64,000 nt of DNA, from the NCBI GenBank assembly GCA_964247055.1, contig OZ176054.1:3844001-3908000 (forward strand). The letters are read 5' to 3'. The DNA is from Paragordius varius. Lineage: Eukaryota; Animalia; Nematomorpha. Both the position numbers and the translations under genes were made by a program. The notes below the pieces were generated by a model. That model searched no databases and was not told the origin of the DNA. It worked only from the letters and a program-made list of their open reading frames with translations. Shown piece after piece: positions 38,945 to 51,946 of the stretch. How positions within the stretch are numbered: position 1 is the stretch's first letter; every line of letters begins with the position of its first letter.

Positions 38945-41900
38945 ATGGAAAATAATCAAAAATCATATACCAACAATGAAATCACTACAATAAGCAAAAA
39001 AACTGTAATCTTGGTGAAAAGTCTGATAATAAAAATACCCTTTATACAATTTGCCAGCAAAATTAATCATAAGGCTCAACGGTATAAATTTTATATATCT
39101 TAGGGATGGTAATAAATATTGCGCTGCTGCAAATTTAAGCTTAAACCAGGGAACGTCTTATCAACCAAAATTTTCCCGCTCTTTTTCTTTCATGTCAAAG
39201 TTTTCAAAGACTTCCTCATCAAATACTGCAAAGAGATCCGAAATTAACCATAAAAATGGATTAGCGGAACAATGCAAATTTAGTATTAACGAGAAAGATT
39301 CCAGCTTTTGTAATTGTAATGGTAGTAAATATGCATACTATGATATGCGTAATGTATACATTGAAAAAAATAGCGTACGATTACCAATCATTTTTGAATC
39401 ATCTCCAAAATATACGAATCATTTGTCCCCTAAACAACTAAGGAATAATAAGGATGTGAATAAACGTCGTTTTTCATTGTATGAGGATTCTAAGGGTAGA
39501 ATATATCCCATGCATCCATCCATTATTCCATCCCCCAATTTCGATATGATAAACCATAAACCGATTGCTACCATAACCAACAAATATATATTTGGAGGAA
39601 ATATAAATCAAATATACCACATGAGTATGGTGGAAGAGAAACCTTGCGAAAGAAACGAATATTGCCATTTTATGAAGAATTACAATGATCAGAACAAAGA
39701 ATTTAGGCTAAACAAGCCATTAATGATAAATAATAGTATAAGGTCAAGGTATGTGAAGCGAGGATCATTTAAATATTGATTTCACTAAACGGTTCGAATA
39801 TTAAACATCAGGATAAAATATATTATTATATACATCTTAATATTAGTGAATCATTCCCGTTCGCCTAATCTGAATTAGACTTTCCTATATTTCAAATCAA
39901 TATGGGTAAAGATTAGTTGGCATCTAGTTTCACATTTGGGTATTAGTATAGCCTAGTTAGCATCAGAAATTATAAAAAACCCAAATTTTGTTGACAGTGT
40001 TTACCACGTGTCATAGGGAGAAACGCGTTTCGTCCTTATTGTGGACTCATCAGTCAGATAAACAAAAGTTGGGTCTTTTGTGGTATCTGATTCTAACTAG
40101 GATACACTATACCCAATGTATAATTAGCATGTCAACTAATCTCTACTCTTATTGATTTCTAACTTATAAGGTGATAGTACCTTCCACCAAAATTTTTCTA
40201 TAAATTTTATGGAAAAATCACAAAATTGTTTTTGCTATATAACCATGTTTGACCCCATGTTCCATTAACATATCGTGGGTAGTTTTTCACAAGAAAAAAA
40301 CCTACGAACTAGTGAATGCTTTCAATTTTCTTATATAGTATTTGTTATTCCATTTAAATTGCCTGCCTATATCAAATGTTAGAATCAATTGATTATATGA
40401 TTTAGATTTTAATCGGTCAGAACATTTTTTTACTTTTAAATCTAAAAGGGTTTTAATCTGACCCCGACTGTCTCACATGGGCACCCGCATATTGACTCCA
40501 TATAATATAGTTATTTTTGTTTTATCATATTTTCGAAATAAAAATGATTTTTAACCAATTTTATGTATAATGTATTTTTTGATAAAATATTTTATAAATT
40601 TACATGTAAATTTGTTATTTTAGTCGTAGCGATTTCAATCATTCGATCGACTCACCAAGCGATACAAGATATTTAAATTTTATCGACCAAATATATGATT
40701 CAGTTATACCATCTGCAAATAATCCTAACGTTTCATGCAATTCTTATGAACTAGACTCACAAAATACATATGCTAATACAGGAGACAATCATTTAAGCCA
40801 TTATGTTTGGGATGATAAAAACAATGGGTCACCTACCAACAAACGCAAAAAAGGAAATAGTGAAAAAAGATGGGAAAACTACCCTGAAAAGGGATATAAT
40901 GATTTCGACTCAGAAAACAATCGAATAAATAGGAAATATGCAAAATCTCACACAAATATTTCTAATGAAGAAATTGTAAATGGCCATCCTAATAACAAAG
41001 GCGATTATGCCGAATTTGGTCAACAAACTAGGTACGGTGCCAAGGGCAGTACTTCAATTAAGACTTCAATATCTAATGGAGAGAGGGATTTCGAAGCAAA
41101 TACACTACTAAATTTTATGGGAAACAGTAATTTTCAAGGTGAGAAGAATGGCTCTCAATATGAAAATGTTAAACAGGGTTGTATGTTGCCTTTCCAAAAT
41201 GGCGATATTGTCTTGGAACTGTTTCAAATCTTTAACATTGATAAGGAAAAAGATAAGAAAATTTTATCTCAAATACCTATGTTGCGAATTGCAACTGCGA
41301 AGAGAGATGATGGATTTGGCTATCAGACTAAAGTAAGAATTTTTTACCGTAATATATATTATATTTTATTTCATTTAGCAAATGTGGTATAATTATGTTT
41401 TAATGTTCCATCGTGTCTTTGAAGTAGTTTTCTGGAAATTTAACTTTTGTAAAGGATGTGCTGATCATAGATGAAACTCTTTTTTAACTTGTGTTTAGAA
41501 TCTTTGCAGGGATTATAATAATGAATGTCCACAAAAGCGCCAGTTTTAAGCGATTTTCCTGAACCATTTGATTTTATTGATTATTATTACATCGCATAGC
41601 CTTTGTGTTAAGGCCCTGCCCTTTAAAATACGGGTTATTTTAAATATACACTCTACGAAATTGACTCTCTTGCAATTTTTCAGAGATGCAGGCCCATTCA
41701 TTTACATTAGTATAACGCATTAAATAAAGGCGATGATCAGGTCGAGCAGCTTTTTTTCAAGTAAATTCAAAAAAAGCTTATTTCCGCATTTGTGTTATAG
41801 TTATAAATGCCAATTTTAATAATATCAAATATGATTAATCATAATATTTTTTAATAAAAGCATTTATTATAATAAATGCTTTTCTAAATTATTATATATG

Positions 41901-42766
41901 ATTATTCAATTATTTATATCACAAAAATATATTTTGCAGCATCGTGAAACATTGGAAACTTTGAACACAAACTTGATTGATATTGTCAAGCTAATAGATA
42001 ACGTACAAAGAGAATGGCTACAATTCTATCAAACTAATGAATTGGTTGAATTTTTCTAATCTTAATAGGGTAAAGATGTCGTTAAGAAAGTTGAAAATTA
42101 TTTTGAGGACACCGAAGAAGTCATTAATTTAATGGTATCATTGCGATTTCGACTTAAAAATTTGTCAAACCTTGATGCATCTCAATCGGTATTATATTTT
42201 TTTATTTAACTCCATAAATTATATATTAAACAACAGTTTTAAACAAAACAATGAGTTTAAAAAGTAATTTTTTTTAAATATTTATTACAAAATGGCAACT
42301 TTATTTTTATAGCAAATGGTGGATAATTTGATAATATAAGCTCACATTTTTTAACCATATAGATTAAAATGTATTAATATTTCATATGAAGTCAAAATAT
42401 TATATAACAAGCATTTTATGGATGTATTGATATCATTATTAATTTTAAAATCTATAGTTATCGATTTTAGGCTAATTTTATTAACTCATTGATATTTCTA
42501 TATTTATATTTTTTTTAAAAATTTAAATTATCTAAGCAAGTTAATATATTTGAAGAGTGGGTTTATCTATTCTATACATTTTATATATTTAGAACAATGA
42601 TAAAAAAATAACTTATATAACAAATCAATTTAACGAGTCAATCGACATTCAAAAGTGCATAGCCAGTAGAAAATATACCATATATAATAAAATCTTGCGA
42701 TATACATCACAATCAGAATCTCAATGGTTCATGGATATGTGCGCTCAAAATTTGGTACTGCTAATT
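38945..42766 (+). CDS. Shroom-like protein with C-terminal ASD2 domain (divergent); final exon uncertain
   Basis: Phase-consistent exons 38945-39080, 39103-~39748, 40624-41332, 41940-42044, 42069-42188 and 42593-42766. The C-terminus TNELGKDV...FEDTEEVINLMVSLRFRL...QFNESIDIQK...RYTSQS...LVLLI resembles ASD2 (NxALGEEV, DLDKVVNLLLSLSGRL, Q.EDA.ELK, LLI) by eye. Confidence 0.65.
39894..40158. repeat. Long imperfect hairpin element enclosing a hammerhead motif
   Basis: 39894-39967 and 40086-40158 are inverted copies (about 75% identity by eye). Inner arms 39975-39993 and 40059-40078 also pair. Confidence 0.75.
40020..40053 (-). ncRNA. Minimal type I hammerhead ribozyme core (Penelope-like)
   Basis: The minus strand reads CTGATGA-GTCC-acaataa-GGAC-GAAA-CGCG-TT. 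This gives a canonical catalytic core, a 4-bp stem II and a palindromic stem III (GAAACGCGTTTC). Stem I is weak (2 bp adjacent). Confidence 0.7.
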
Positions 42767-44121
42767 GTAAGTTAATTTGCCTATAAAAAATTTTAAAACT
42801 GACGCTATTAAAATAACCCTAAATCCTTTGGAATTAATATTTACCAATCTTTTTTTCGTATTTAATTATGTATTTATAAATATAGATTATTTAATATTTT
42901 TCCACATATATTATGGGGTAAGGTTTTTTTTTGATGAAAAAGGCTCAAAGTCCAATTGAGAGTTGTAAAAACATTTTTCATTAAAAAAGCTTAGTTCGCC
43001 ACTGTTTCCTCCTACTTTATCTTTTTATTGTCCAGTTTTAACACACACACACACATAAATTTTAATATTAAATTTTAGATTTTATTAGGAAATGGAACAG
43101 TTATCACAATCTTTTAGATTTTGGAATCGGAACCGCCTTCCTGACCCTTCCATTATTTTTTAGCAAATTATCAAAACAATGTTAACTTTATTTATAATCA
43201 AATTATTTTTATATTGTTTGGATAATAATATAAAGGAGTGTATCATTTTAAACATTTCATATGGATTACAATTGAAACCGAAATTAGAACCGTTTAAAAG
43301 TGGAACCAACAAAACATTTTTAGCAAAAAATATATTCAACGCGGATCTGGAAGCATTTGGTCCGTGACCTTTCGGTTTTGATCCCTGTTTATCTCTTTTC
43401 AATTATTTTTAAGTTCATTTATAATTTCATAAAAGTTGGTGGCATATAAAAATATTTTGGGCCAAAATCCGCCAAGAGAATAAAAGTAAAAACTCTATCA
43501 AATTTTTTAAATATTTTTTGCAATATTCTCCGTTCAGGCTCTTTTAGTTTACCGTTGTTCACGCAAGATTCCTACATTTGAAAAATGTTTTTCAAAATGC
43601 ACGCCGTAATGTGTGTAATAGGGGTACCCAACATAAATGATTTTACAGTTCACTTTTTCGCAAAAAATACCCTTCGCGAGCCGCACTTGAAAAATATATG
43701 GGCATTTATTAATACTTTTTTAGGTTTCAAACATAATACTGTAAAAATTGTGAAGACAATTTAACCACTAGTTCGTTGACGACTCGTTAAGATTTGTTTT
43801 TAATCAATTTTGCCAAAGTTTTATAAATAGCTCATTCTATATATAGAATATCGTATTTTATGGTAATTTTCCAAATTTTTTCTGATCCGGTTGTTGAACG
43901 GTTTAGAAAATTAAAAATGGCTGATAAATATTGAAAACATTGGTTAAATTTTTCGAATCATTCCAATATCATCTTTTTAAAAGGTAAAAATGTTCTTGCC
44001 ATTTGTTAGGTATTATTTTAAAATAAATTTTAGATTTCATATTTTTTTCCTTTTATTATTTAGGATTAAATATGAACACTTTCCCATGGGGCGTAATTTT
44101 CTACCCAAAAGCGTAATTTAA

Positions 44122-44700
44122 CACTTGGATACAACACATTCATTTTAGTCCTTCGATTCAAATTGGGGTAGTTGGATACCCCAGGCCTGTTAAATATGAA
44201 ATACTTTAAAAAGTATGGAAGGAATCGAAACCATGGCAACATTTTGCACTTATAAAACATTAATAAACCTAAATATATAAAAATTCTTCAAAAATATTTG
44301 ATATTACATATTTTAGGCTAAAACCGAAAGGTAAAAATTTCGTCAACGTGACATCTGTCGAATGGTAAAATTAAAAAATAACACAAAATAAACCGCTTTT
44401 TCTATTTCTATCAATGTTAGATGTAATTTATATTAAAAATTAACTTTAGTTTTACACTTAAAATTAAATGCAGACGATATTTTGCGAAAATATTGTAAAA
44501 TAAAAATGGCGTCGAAGTAGTTTGAGATGAAACTTTTTTTTTCAAAACAAAATTTTATCAAGATATTTTGGCATATTATATAATTTTTATCAGGATAGAA
44601 GCATAAATTTAAATTGGGACCGTTTCCTTCAGTAGTTTTTTAATAATCCTAACTTAATTTTAGTCTGGGGTATTTAGATACCCCAATTTAAATCGAAGTG
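44122..44700 (+). mobile_element. piggyBac-like MITE copy G (full length)
   Basis: TTAA at 44118-44121 and 44701-44704; CACTT/AAGTG ends. Confidence 0.88.
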
Positions 44701-45017
44701 TTAAAAATAAGGATCTTTATGTTGAATTTTTGGACTCCATTTTTTTGGAATATGTGTAATGATCATATTTTATTAAAAGACCTTTTCTATTATATTTTTT
44801 AACGCTTTTTATATAAATTAAAATATATTTTTTTATTAAATAAAAATAAAGTGTTACATCAAGCCTTAAATGTAAAAAATAGACCAATTCTTTCTGGAAT
44901 GCTAGAATCTTTAAATTTAATTGTTAAAAGGACCGTATGCGATAAATCAAAATCTACATTTGGCCTTTTAGTTGCATTATTTTATAAAAAAAATTTTAAG
45001 TATAAAATTGTTCTTAA

Positions 45018-45586
45018 CACCTCGATTCAAATTGGGGTAAAATACCCCAGATTAAATTTGAGTTAGGATTTTTAAAAAACTACTGAAGGAAACGGTCCCA
45101 ATATAAATTTATGCTTCTATCCTAATAAAAATTACATAAATATGTCAAAAGATCTGAAAAAAATTTTGTTTAAAAAAAAGTTCCATGTCAAACTATTTCG
45201 ACGCCATTTTTATTTTACAAAATTATTGCAATATCGTATATATTTAATTTTAGGGTAAAATTAAAGCTAATTTTTAATTTAAATTACATCTAACATTGAT
45301 AAAAATAGAAAAAACAGTTCATTTTGTATTGTTTTTCAATTTTACCATTGCACGCATGTCACGTTGACTAAATTTTGACCTTTCGGTTTTAGCTTAAAAT
45401 AAGTAATATCAAGTATTTTTAAATAAAATTTGTTAGATATTTCAGTCAATTAATGTAATTTAAGTGCAAAATTTTGCCATGGTTTCGGTTTTTCCCATTT
45501 TAGATATTTAATTTTAAACAGGCCTGGGGTATCTAACTACCCCAATTTGAATCGAAGGACTAAAATAAATGTGTTGTATCCAAGTG
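45018..45586 (-). mobile_element. piggyBac-like MITE copy H (full length, inverted relative to G)
   Basis: TTAA at 45014-45017 and 45587-45590. Confidence 0.88.
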
Positions 45587-45877
45587 TTAAACTTAAAGTC
45601 TCGAAATACTTTCTGGTTGTAAGTATCCTAAATATCTGATATTTAAATTTATATTATAATTAAAAGATGAAATTATTAACTTTAGTGCATTTTATAATTG
45701 GGCATCAAATTTAGGAAGTGAATTCAAAGATCAGCTGCCTGAATAAAATTTATTTAGGAGATATCATAAATTTTGACACTTAATAAAAAACAGAAAAATT
45801 TAACATTAGCTGATACTTAATTATCTTTAACACAGTTTACACAAAGAAATATGTATCAAGGTAAAATGTTAATTTTT

Positions 45878-46440
45878 AGGTGCGAGCGAAAGTGCAATTT
45901 TCGCTCTTGAATGAGCTAGTTCTCTTAAAGTTAAAGTAAATATGCTGGATTGCGCGATAATCTTAATACATACACTATTTTGAGACATGATGGAAACGGT
46001 TTAAAAAAAGCTTTTAGATATTATCGAAATAACTTTTGTGATATATGAACATCACCTCAGAATTTTATTTAAAAGGTTTATTTCTTTCTAATTTTGTAAA
46101 TTTTTCTAAAATAGAAATTTGAAAACGAATATTTTAATCAAAATTTTGGGTGATAAAATGTTCAGCATTATCAAATTATATAGAAAAAAAGCGTTATTAT
46201 ACCGTTTCCATTATGCCACAAAATAGTATGTGAGCTTCAACAAAATTTTGCAAAAAATTTATTTTTAAAAAAAGTATGGTTTTTAAAGATTATTTTTAGT
46301 TGTTAATAAAATTTAATTATTTGCATTTTTGCTTTTAAAAGACTTACCCCATTTTAGAAGAGCTAAATTCGGGATTTTTGGATTCCACATCTTAAAATTC
46401 AAATATAAAAAAAATTTTTTGCTTCCTAGTAGTTTATTTC
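45878..46440. repeat. Older, degenerate member of the foldback family
   Basis: ttttcgctctt (~45900) and cattttagaagagc (~46350) match the 26438-26888 arms. An internal inverted pair atggaaacgg...aaaaaagc / aaaaagcg...ccgtttccat is also present. Confidence 0.55.
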
Positions 46441-46768
46441 ATATTTTAATCTTAACGGCCAAAACGAAAAGCACCATGATAGTCCTGCATTTTCCTATCA
46501 GAATATACATATTTCATGAAGTTATGTTTTTATGCCTCCCGATTTTGGACGCAGTCTTGCTATTGCATGAATAAGGTTAAAAATATTGTTTTTCAACCAC
46601 TGAATAATCTAAAATGTCTCATATAAATTTTTATAATGACTTCATCCTCAATATATATTTCATAATGAGCGCAAAATCTTCATATGGATTTAGGGATATT
46701 AAAATACACATAGTTAAAATCCACTTTCTTAGATAGTAGGTTTATAAATTTTATCTCAATATTGGATA

Positions 46769-47445
46769 TAGGGCTGTGCTGACCAAGTCATGACCCGGTC
46801 AATTGACAAGTCATGACCAGGTCGGTCACTATTTATTTTTTGACCATGGTCATTAAAAACAGCTGTTTTTTGAAAAATTGCTAGTAAATTTTTGGAAAAG
46901 AGATAGTAAGATTTTATTGTTTTTTATATTTCTTAAAAAATATAAATTAAATATTTTAATATGCTTATTTAACAATATAAAATTGTTAAATATGCATCCT
47001 TACAACATTAGCATTTAAGCATACCCAATTATTTCGAAAAACAATAAAGCCTTTGCAAAATATGCAATCATTCCATATATGTGAACCAATAAAATGTAAA
47101 AATTTTATAATATCAGTGATAAAAGAAAGCGTAAAATAAGCTAGGTAAAATTTTATTTGAAATATCTAGTATTAGGCTATGTAAATTAAGATTCAGAAGA
47201 CCACAAACATGTGGTAAAATTTATTTGAAAACAAAACTATTGTATAAATTTGATTGAAAATATTTGTAAATTATAAATATCAAAAAATGTATAATGCAAA
47301 CTTTTAAGAAAAAACATGACATTAGTGAAACGCAAGTGTCGTTCGAACATTATTTTCACAATCCAAAATCACATGATATTTACAAATGTAAAAAGTATGG
47401 GTCTGACCGGACTTTTTTGAAAAAGCAGTAAAATGCACAACCCTA
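46769..47445. mobile_element. hAT-type MITE, same family as the end at 29330-29406
   Basis: TIRs TAGGGCTGTGC and GCACAACCCTA; 8-bp TSD ATTGGATA / ATTGTATA (7 of 8 identical); CATGACC subterminal repeats. Confidence 0.85.
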
Positions 47446-47810
47446 ATTGTATATACATATCACTGCCATCCTTCATTCACCGAAATGACTGGTCCAAAGC
47501 TCATATTTTTTATGATTCTTTAAATTCACAATTGTGCCCCTTTAAAAATTACTACAATATAAATTACATATCCTAAATAATTTTTTATTACTCCGTACAA
47601 AATTTAAATAAACAGCATTTTAAAATTTAATATATATAATAATTTATTTGATCCTTTATTTTTATATTTTTTTAATTTATATCTAGATAAAACAAGTTCT
47701 ATTAGAAGATATCAAGAAGATAGAATATGAAAATAAATATCAATAAATTTTTTTGATCATTTGAATGTTATTATCTCATAAATGCATATGATTGTCTAGT
47801 CCAATATATT

Positions 47811-50800
47811 ATGAAAAAACAATTTATTAAAGTCAAGCATTTAGCTGATCAAACTGTCGGGAGGTTTTTTGAACATATTTACTTTAGAGTAGAAAAGTCG
47901 GAAGTTTTATCTGAAGATATTTTGGGGGTAGAAAAGCGAGTTGAGAATATTAAACATGCCACCCAATCTATTTTAAAAAAACTTTCAATATGTTTTGTTG
48001 GACAGGGGTCTGATTTGGAGAAAAGATTAGTAAATATATATTTTATTTATTATATAAATAAGATTTTATGAACTATATCCGTTAATTAATTTGCTTTCAA
48101 TATATTTTTTTGGCACCTCTTACAATTTATTTTTTAATTTATTTATGTAAAATCACAAAATTCGAGTAATTATAATTTGTTTATAAATATCGATTTTACT
48201 TTTGTTTTCGTTGTATCATGTCATCGTTGACCTAATGTCTGGAAAGTATGTCTTTTTTTTCAAATAAAAAGCGACATCCTTTGTTGTACAAATAACAATA
48301 ACCAATTTAAATAATAAATGGTTTAAAATATGCATAATGACCATTTTTTAAAAAGATGTTACTATTTTCTTTTGTTTGCGAAATTCTAGAAAAAAATTCC
48401 AGAAACATACGTTTCTTCGGCTTTCGTTGAATATAGTGTACTTCTCGGAGAACAAAGCCTAATTGGGTAAATATAAATTTAACAGTACATTTGTTGATTT
48501 TTAGTATAAAATTCATTTTCCTACAAACACTTAATAATCAAAAATATACATCTCTACTAAACGCAAATTGCAAAATTGATTAAAGAGTGTATTTTTCTAT
48601 CTAAAAGGTGCTGTTATCTATAGACACGGTTGCGTAACCATTAAAATTAAACAATGTTTTGATCATTTTCTTGGCTCTTTAATTGGCCAATATACGCACA
48701 CACACATAAAATAGAAAATTATATTTGTTGTTCAGCGCGTATGTCAGTGGAATGATTATATCATAGTATAGCATAACAATATTATTTAAATTGGCAGACA
48801 CCGTTTAATTTACTTTATGATGATTTATTAATATGCGTCTAATTTAATGTATAATATGGTTGAAATTGCACAAAAAAACCAAGCTTATAATCCTTTTTTT
48901 ATTTGTGAAAATCGAACCTACTAAGGTTATAAAAGTTTTAAATTAATATTCTTTAAAAAAAACTTTATATTATTTTTGATGTCTATTTAAAAAAATAATA
49001 CTTTATTTGACGCATTATATATGTTGATATTTAAGAAAGGCATTACGGTTTTGCGGTGAAGGTCTTAGCTACATTGGTAAAGATACGTTACAATATGAAT
49101 TAAATTTGGAAAAAAACGTTTTTCAACCCCTGAATAGTTTGATGGAGGTTAAATTATCAATATAAATACGTTGTAGATTTATATGCCCGTCATAAACAAA
49201 TTTAAAAAACAACTCAATAAACAAACGCTTGAAATGGATATTTGCAAAAATCGGTATATTCTTAAAAATAATAATTATTTTGTAAATAATAATAAATACA
49301 TGGAGATAAAAGAAGTAGGCATACGAAAGGGATTAGGTGTAGATAATGGGCTGGTCAGAAACTATTTATGATTTAGGTTTGTTTAATTATTCTAAAATAT
49401 GCTTTTTTTACATATTTTAAGGAACCAAAACTTTACTATGTAATTTGGCGGTTTTTATGAGCCTAAAAATTAAATATAATTGTTTTTTGAGTTATTGTAA
49501 CAATAAAGTTTTGACGGCGATATATATTTCTTATTACATTTATATTCTAAATTCTGTATTTGTTAGATTAATTTATCAGTAAATGCATGTGTGACGGTCG
49601 GTATTAGGGTAGATTATTTGCTGTATAAATTATTTTTAAATATCAGATATATAACCCATATCCAATTCAGATAATTTTAGACTTTGCCGTTATAAAACGG
49701 GTTTTTGGTAAACCAAATCATCACTGTTTTTTACAATGTTTCTAAATATAATTTTGATTTATTTTTGCATTTGAGTTGTCCAATCTTATTATAAATACAT
49801 GTCGATTTTAAATTTGTTTTAATTAATGAGTTTTTGCAATATTTAAAACAAATAAATTTATTATGTTGGGAGTGGATGTGAACTGGTTTTTTGCATGCTT
49901 CTTTTACTAGAATTGTAATATTGTAGAATAGTTTTAATTATAGAATCATCGGAATAAGGTCAAAAATTATATGCACTACAAAATAACCACAAAATCAAAT
50001 ATATTAATCGAATGTTTATATATTGTTTTAATTTGCAATTTTGTGTCAAATAATAGTTATAATGAAACTATACGACGATCTATTGCAACCAATGACCCAA
50101 ATAATTTTTCCAAAATAGATGTTTTAAAGGAGGATTATGAAGATTCTTGCAATAAATTAGACCATATCAAGGTAAAGCCAAATATGTTTTTTATTCCATT
50201 GTTAATTTATTATATTGTTCAATTTTATTTTAATTTTGAGTTTGCCAAAGTTTCCTCGTAGTAAACGAAAATTTTTATCCTAAATAAATTTAATAATTCC
50301 TGAATTAACATAATTATAAATATATTGCCTTTTACAGGATGCTTATACTACTGAAATGTTCAAATTTTTGGCTAAAGAAGGCGAAATATCCCAAATTTTA
50401 TTGAAAGTATTTTTTGAATAATATATTCAAAGATTCTTGAATCCCAAATTGAATATCATCGAAACCTTTTGTATACGCTGGAAAACATTGTAAAGAATGC
50501 CCAAGATCATTTAAGTATATACATTTAAATTGTAAATTATAAAGACAAAACTCATATTTAAACCTTAATTTATTTTATATAACCTTTGGGTTACAAAATG
50601 AGTATAAAATTAAGGTTTTAAAAAAAAATTTAAAGAAAATATTAGTCTAGTATTTTATTTTGTCTCTTATATGATTTAAATATTTTCTTAATTTATTTAC
50701 CTTAAGATGCAAATACTCATAAACCAGCTTTCGGTTGTCCGTTAGAGGAATATATTGATTTAACTGATTCCAAAATCGCTCCTATCATTGAACAATGCAC

Positions 50801-51907
50801 TTCAGCTCTTTTGGAGATAGGATTGGACGAAGTGGTATTAATATACACACACAATATATATTACAAAATTTAAATAGAAAGACAAAAAACGTAATAGTTT
50901 GAGAAAATTTACATTTCTAGTTTTTTTATTATAAGGCCATACAGCGTATACGGCGCAAAGAAATATTATTGGTTATCTTTCGACTTTTCTTCCTATTTAT
51001 CAATAATTATGATCTTTGCTGTTGTTATTGGCATGTTGTTAGTTACATTGTAAAAGATATCCTTTTAACATATAAGGATAATCATAATTTTAAATCTTGC
51101 TTTGATTTTATATCTTATCATTTTGTGTTGCAAAATCTCTAATACAATTAACAAAGGTTACATGGAAAAAATCAAGGTTGGATAGTTGTTTTTTACTTTT
51201 TGTTTTTGTGTTAATTTAAATATAACTGTAATTTTATTGTATTTTAGGGTTTATTTCGTATGGCTGGTAGTGTAGCTAAAGTTAAACGCTTAAAATCTGC
51301 TTTGGATTCTGGTCTACCTCTTGATATCTCTGAATATGCCCAGGATCCACATGTTATCGCAAGTAATTGTTACAAATTATGTTTGGATTGTAAAATGGTG
51401 TGTTTTACACTTTAAAGTTAAAAATATTTATGGGGGTAACATAATAAATTTAAGTATTGTATACATTTTAGTTTATAATTTATTTTTACAGATATATCGA
51501 AATGGTACTTGCATGAATTGTCTAAATCGAAATGATTTTTAAAAATATAAGCTTTATATACGCAATAAACGGTCTCAAATATCAAATTATTTTGTTAACA
51601 TTATGGCAAACATGACATCTTTCGCTTGCCTTGTTTTTGAAAGATAACTTAATAACTGTCTCTACAATTTATTTTAAGTGTTGTTGTTGACATTTGTTGG
51701 GTTTTTTTTTAAATTCTTTTTGGTATAAAATCATTTTTTAAAAAAAATGATTTTAAGATATATAATTTAAGATTTTTTAAACTTTCAATTATATCTTATA
51801 GTTGAGAATGCATTGGTGAAATTATTTTTGTGGATATAATAAAATTAAATCTTCGTAAATTTTGTAAACCAGGGGGCAACACAAACGGCTTCACAGGCCG
51901 CATTCGC

Positions 51908-51946
<39 letters not shown>

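Noticed and set aside
43089-43390. Candidate last Shroom exon (EMEQLSQSF...IIF*, 43089-43163)
   Set aside because: It is phase-compatible, but it overlaps GAACCG-rich sequence ending in a hAT-like terminus (GGTTTTGATCCCTG near 43385) and does not clearly match the ASD2 tail. I left it out of the gene call.
8520-45590. Recurring palindromic motif GGGGTA-N6-TACCCC as a possible CRISPR repeat
   Set aside because: It is dispersed with constant flanks rather than unique spacers, and the DNA is eukaryotic; it is part of the MITE ends.
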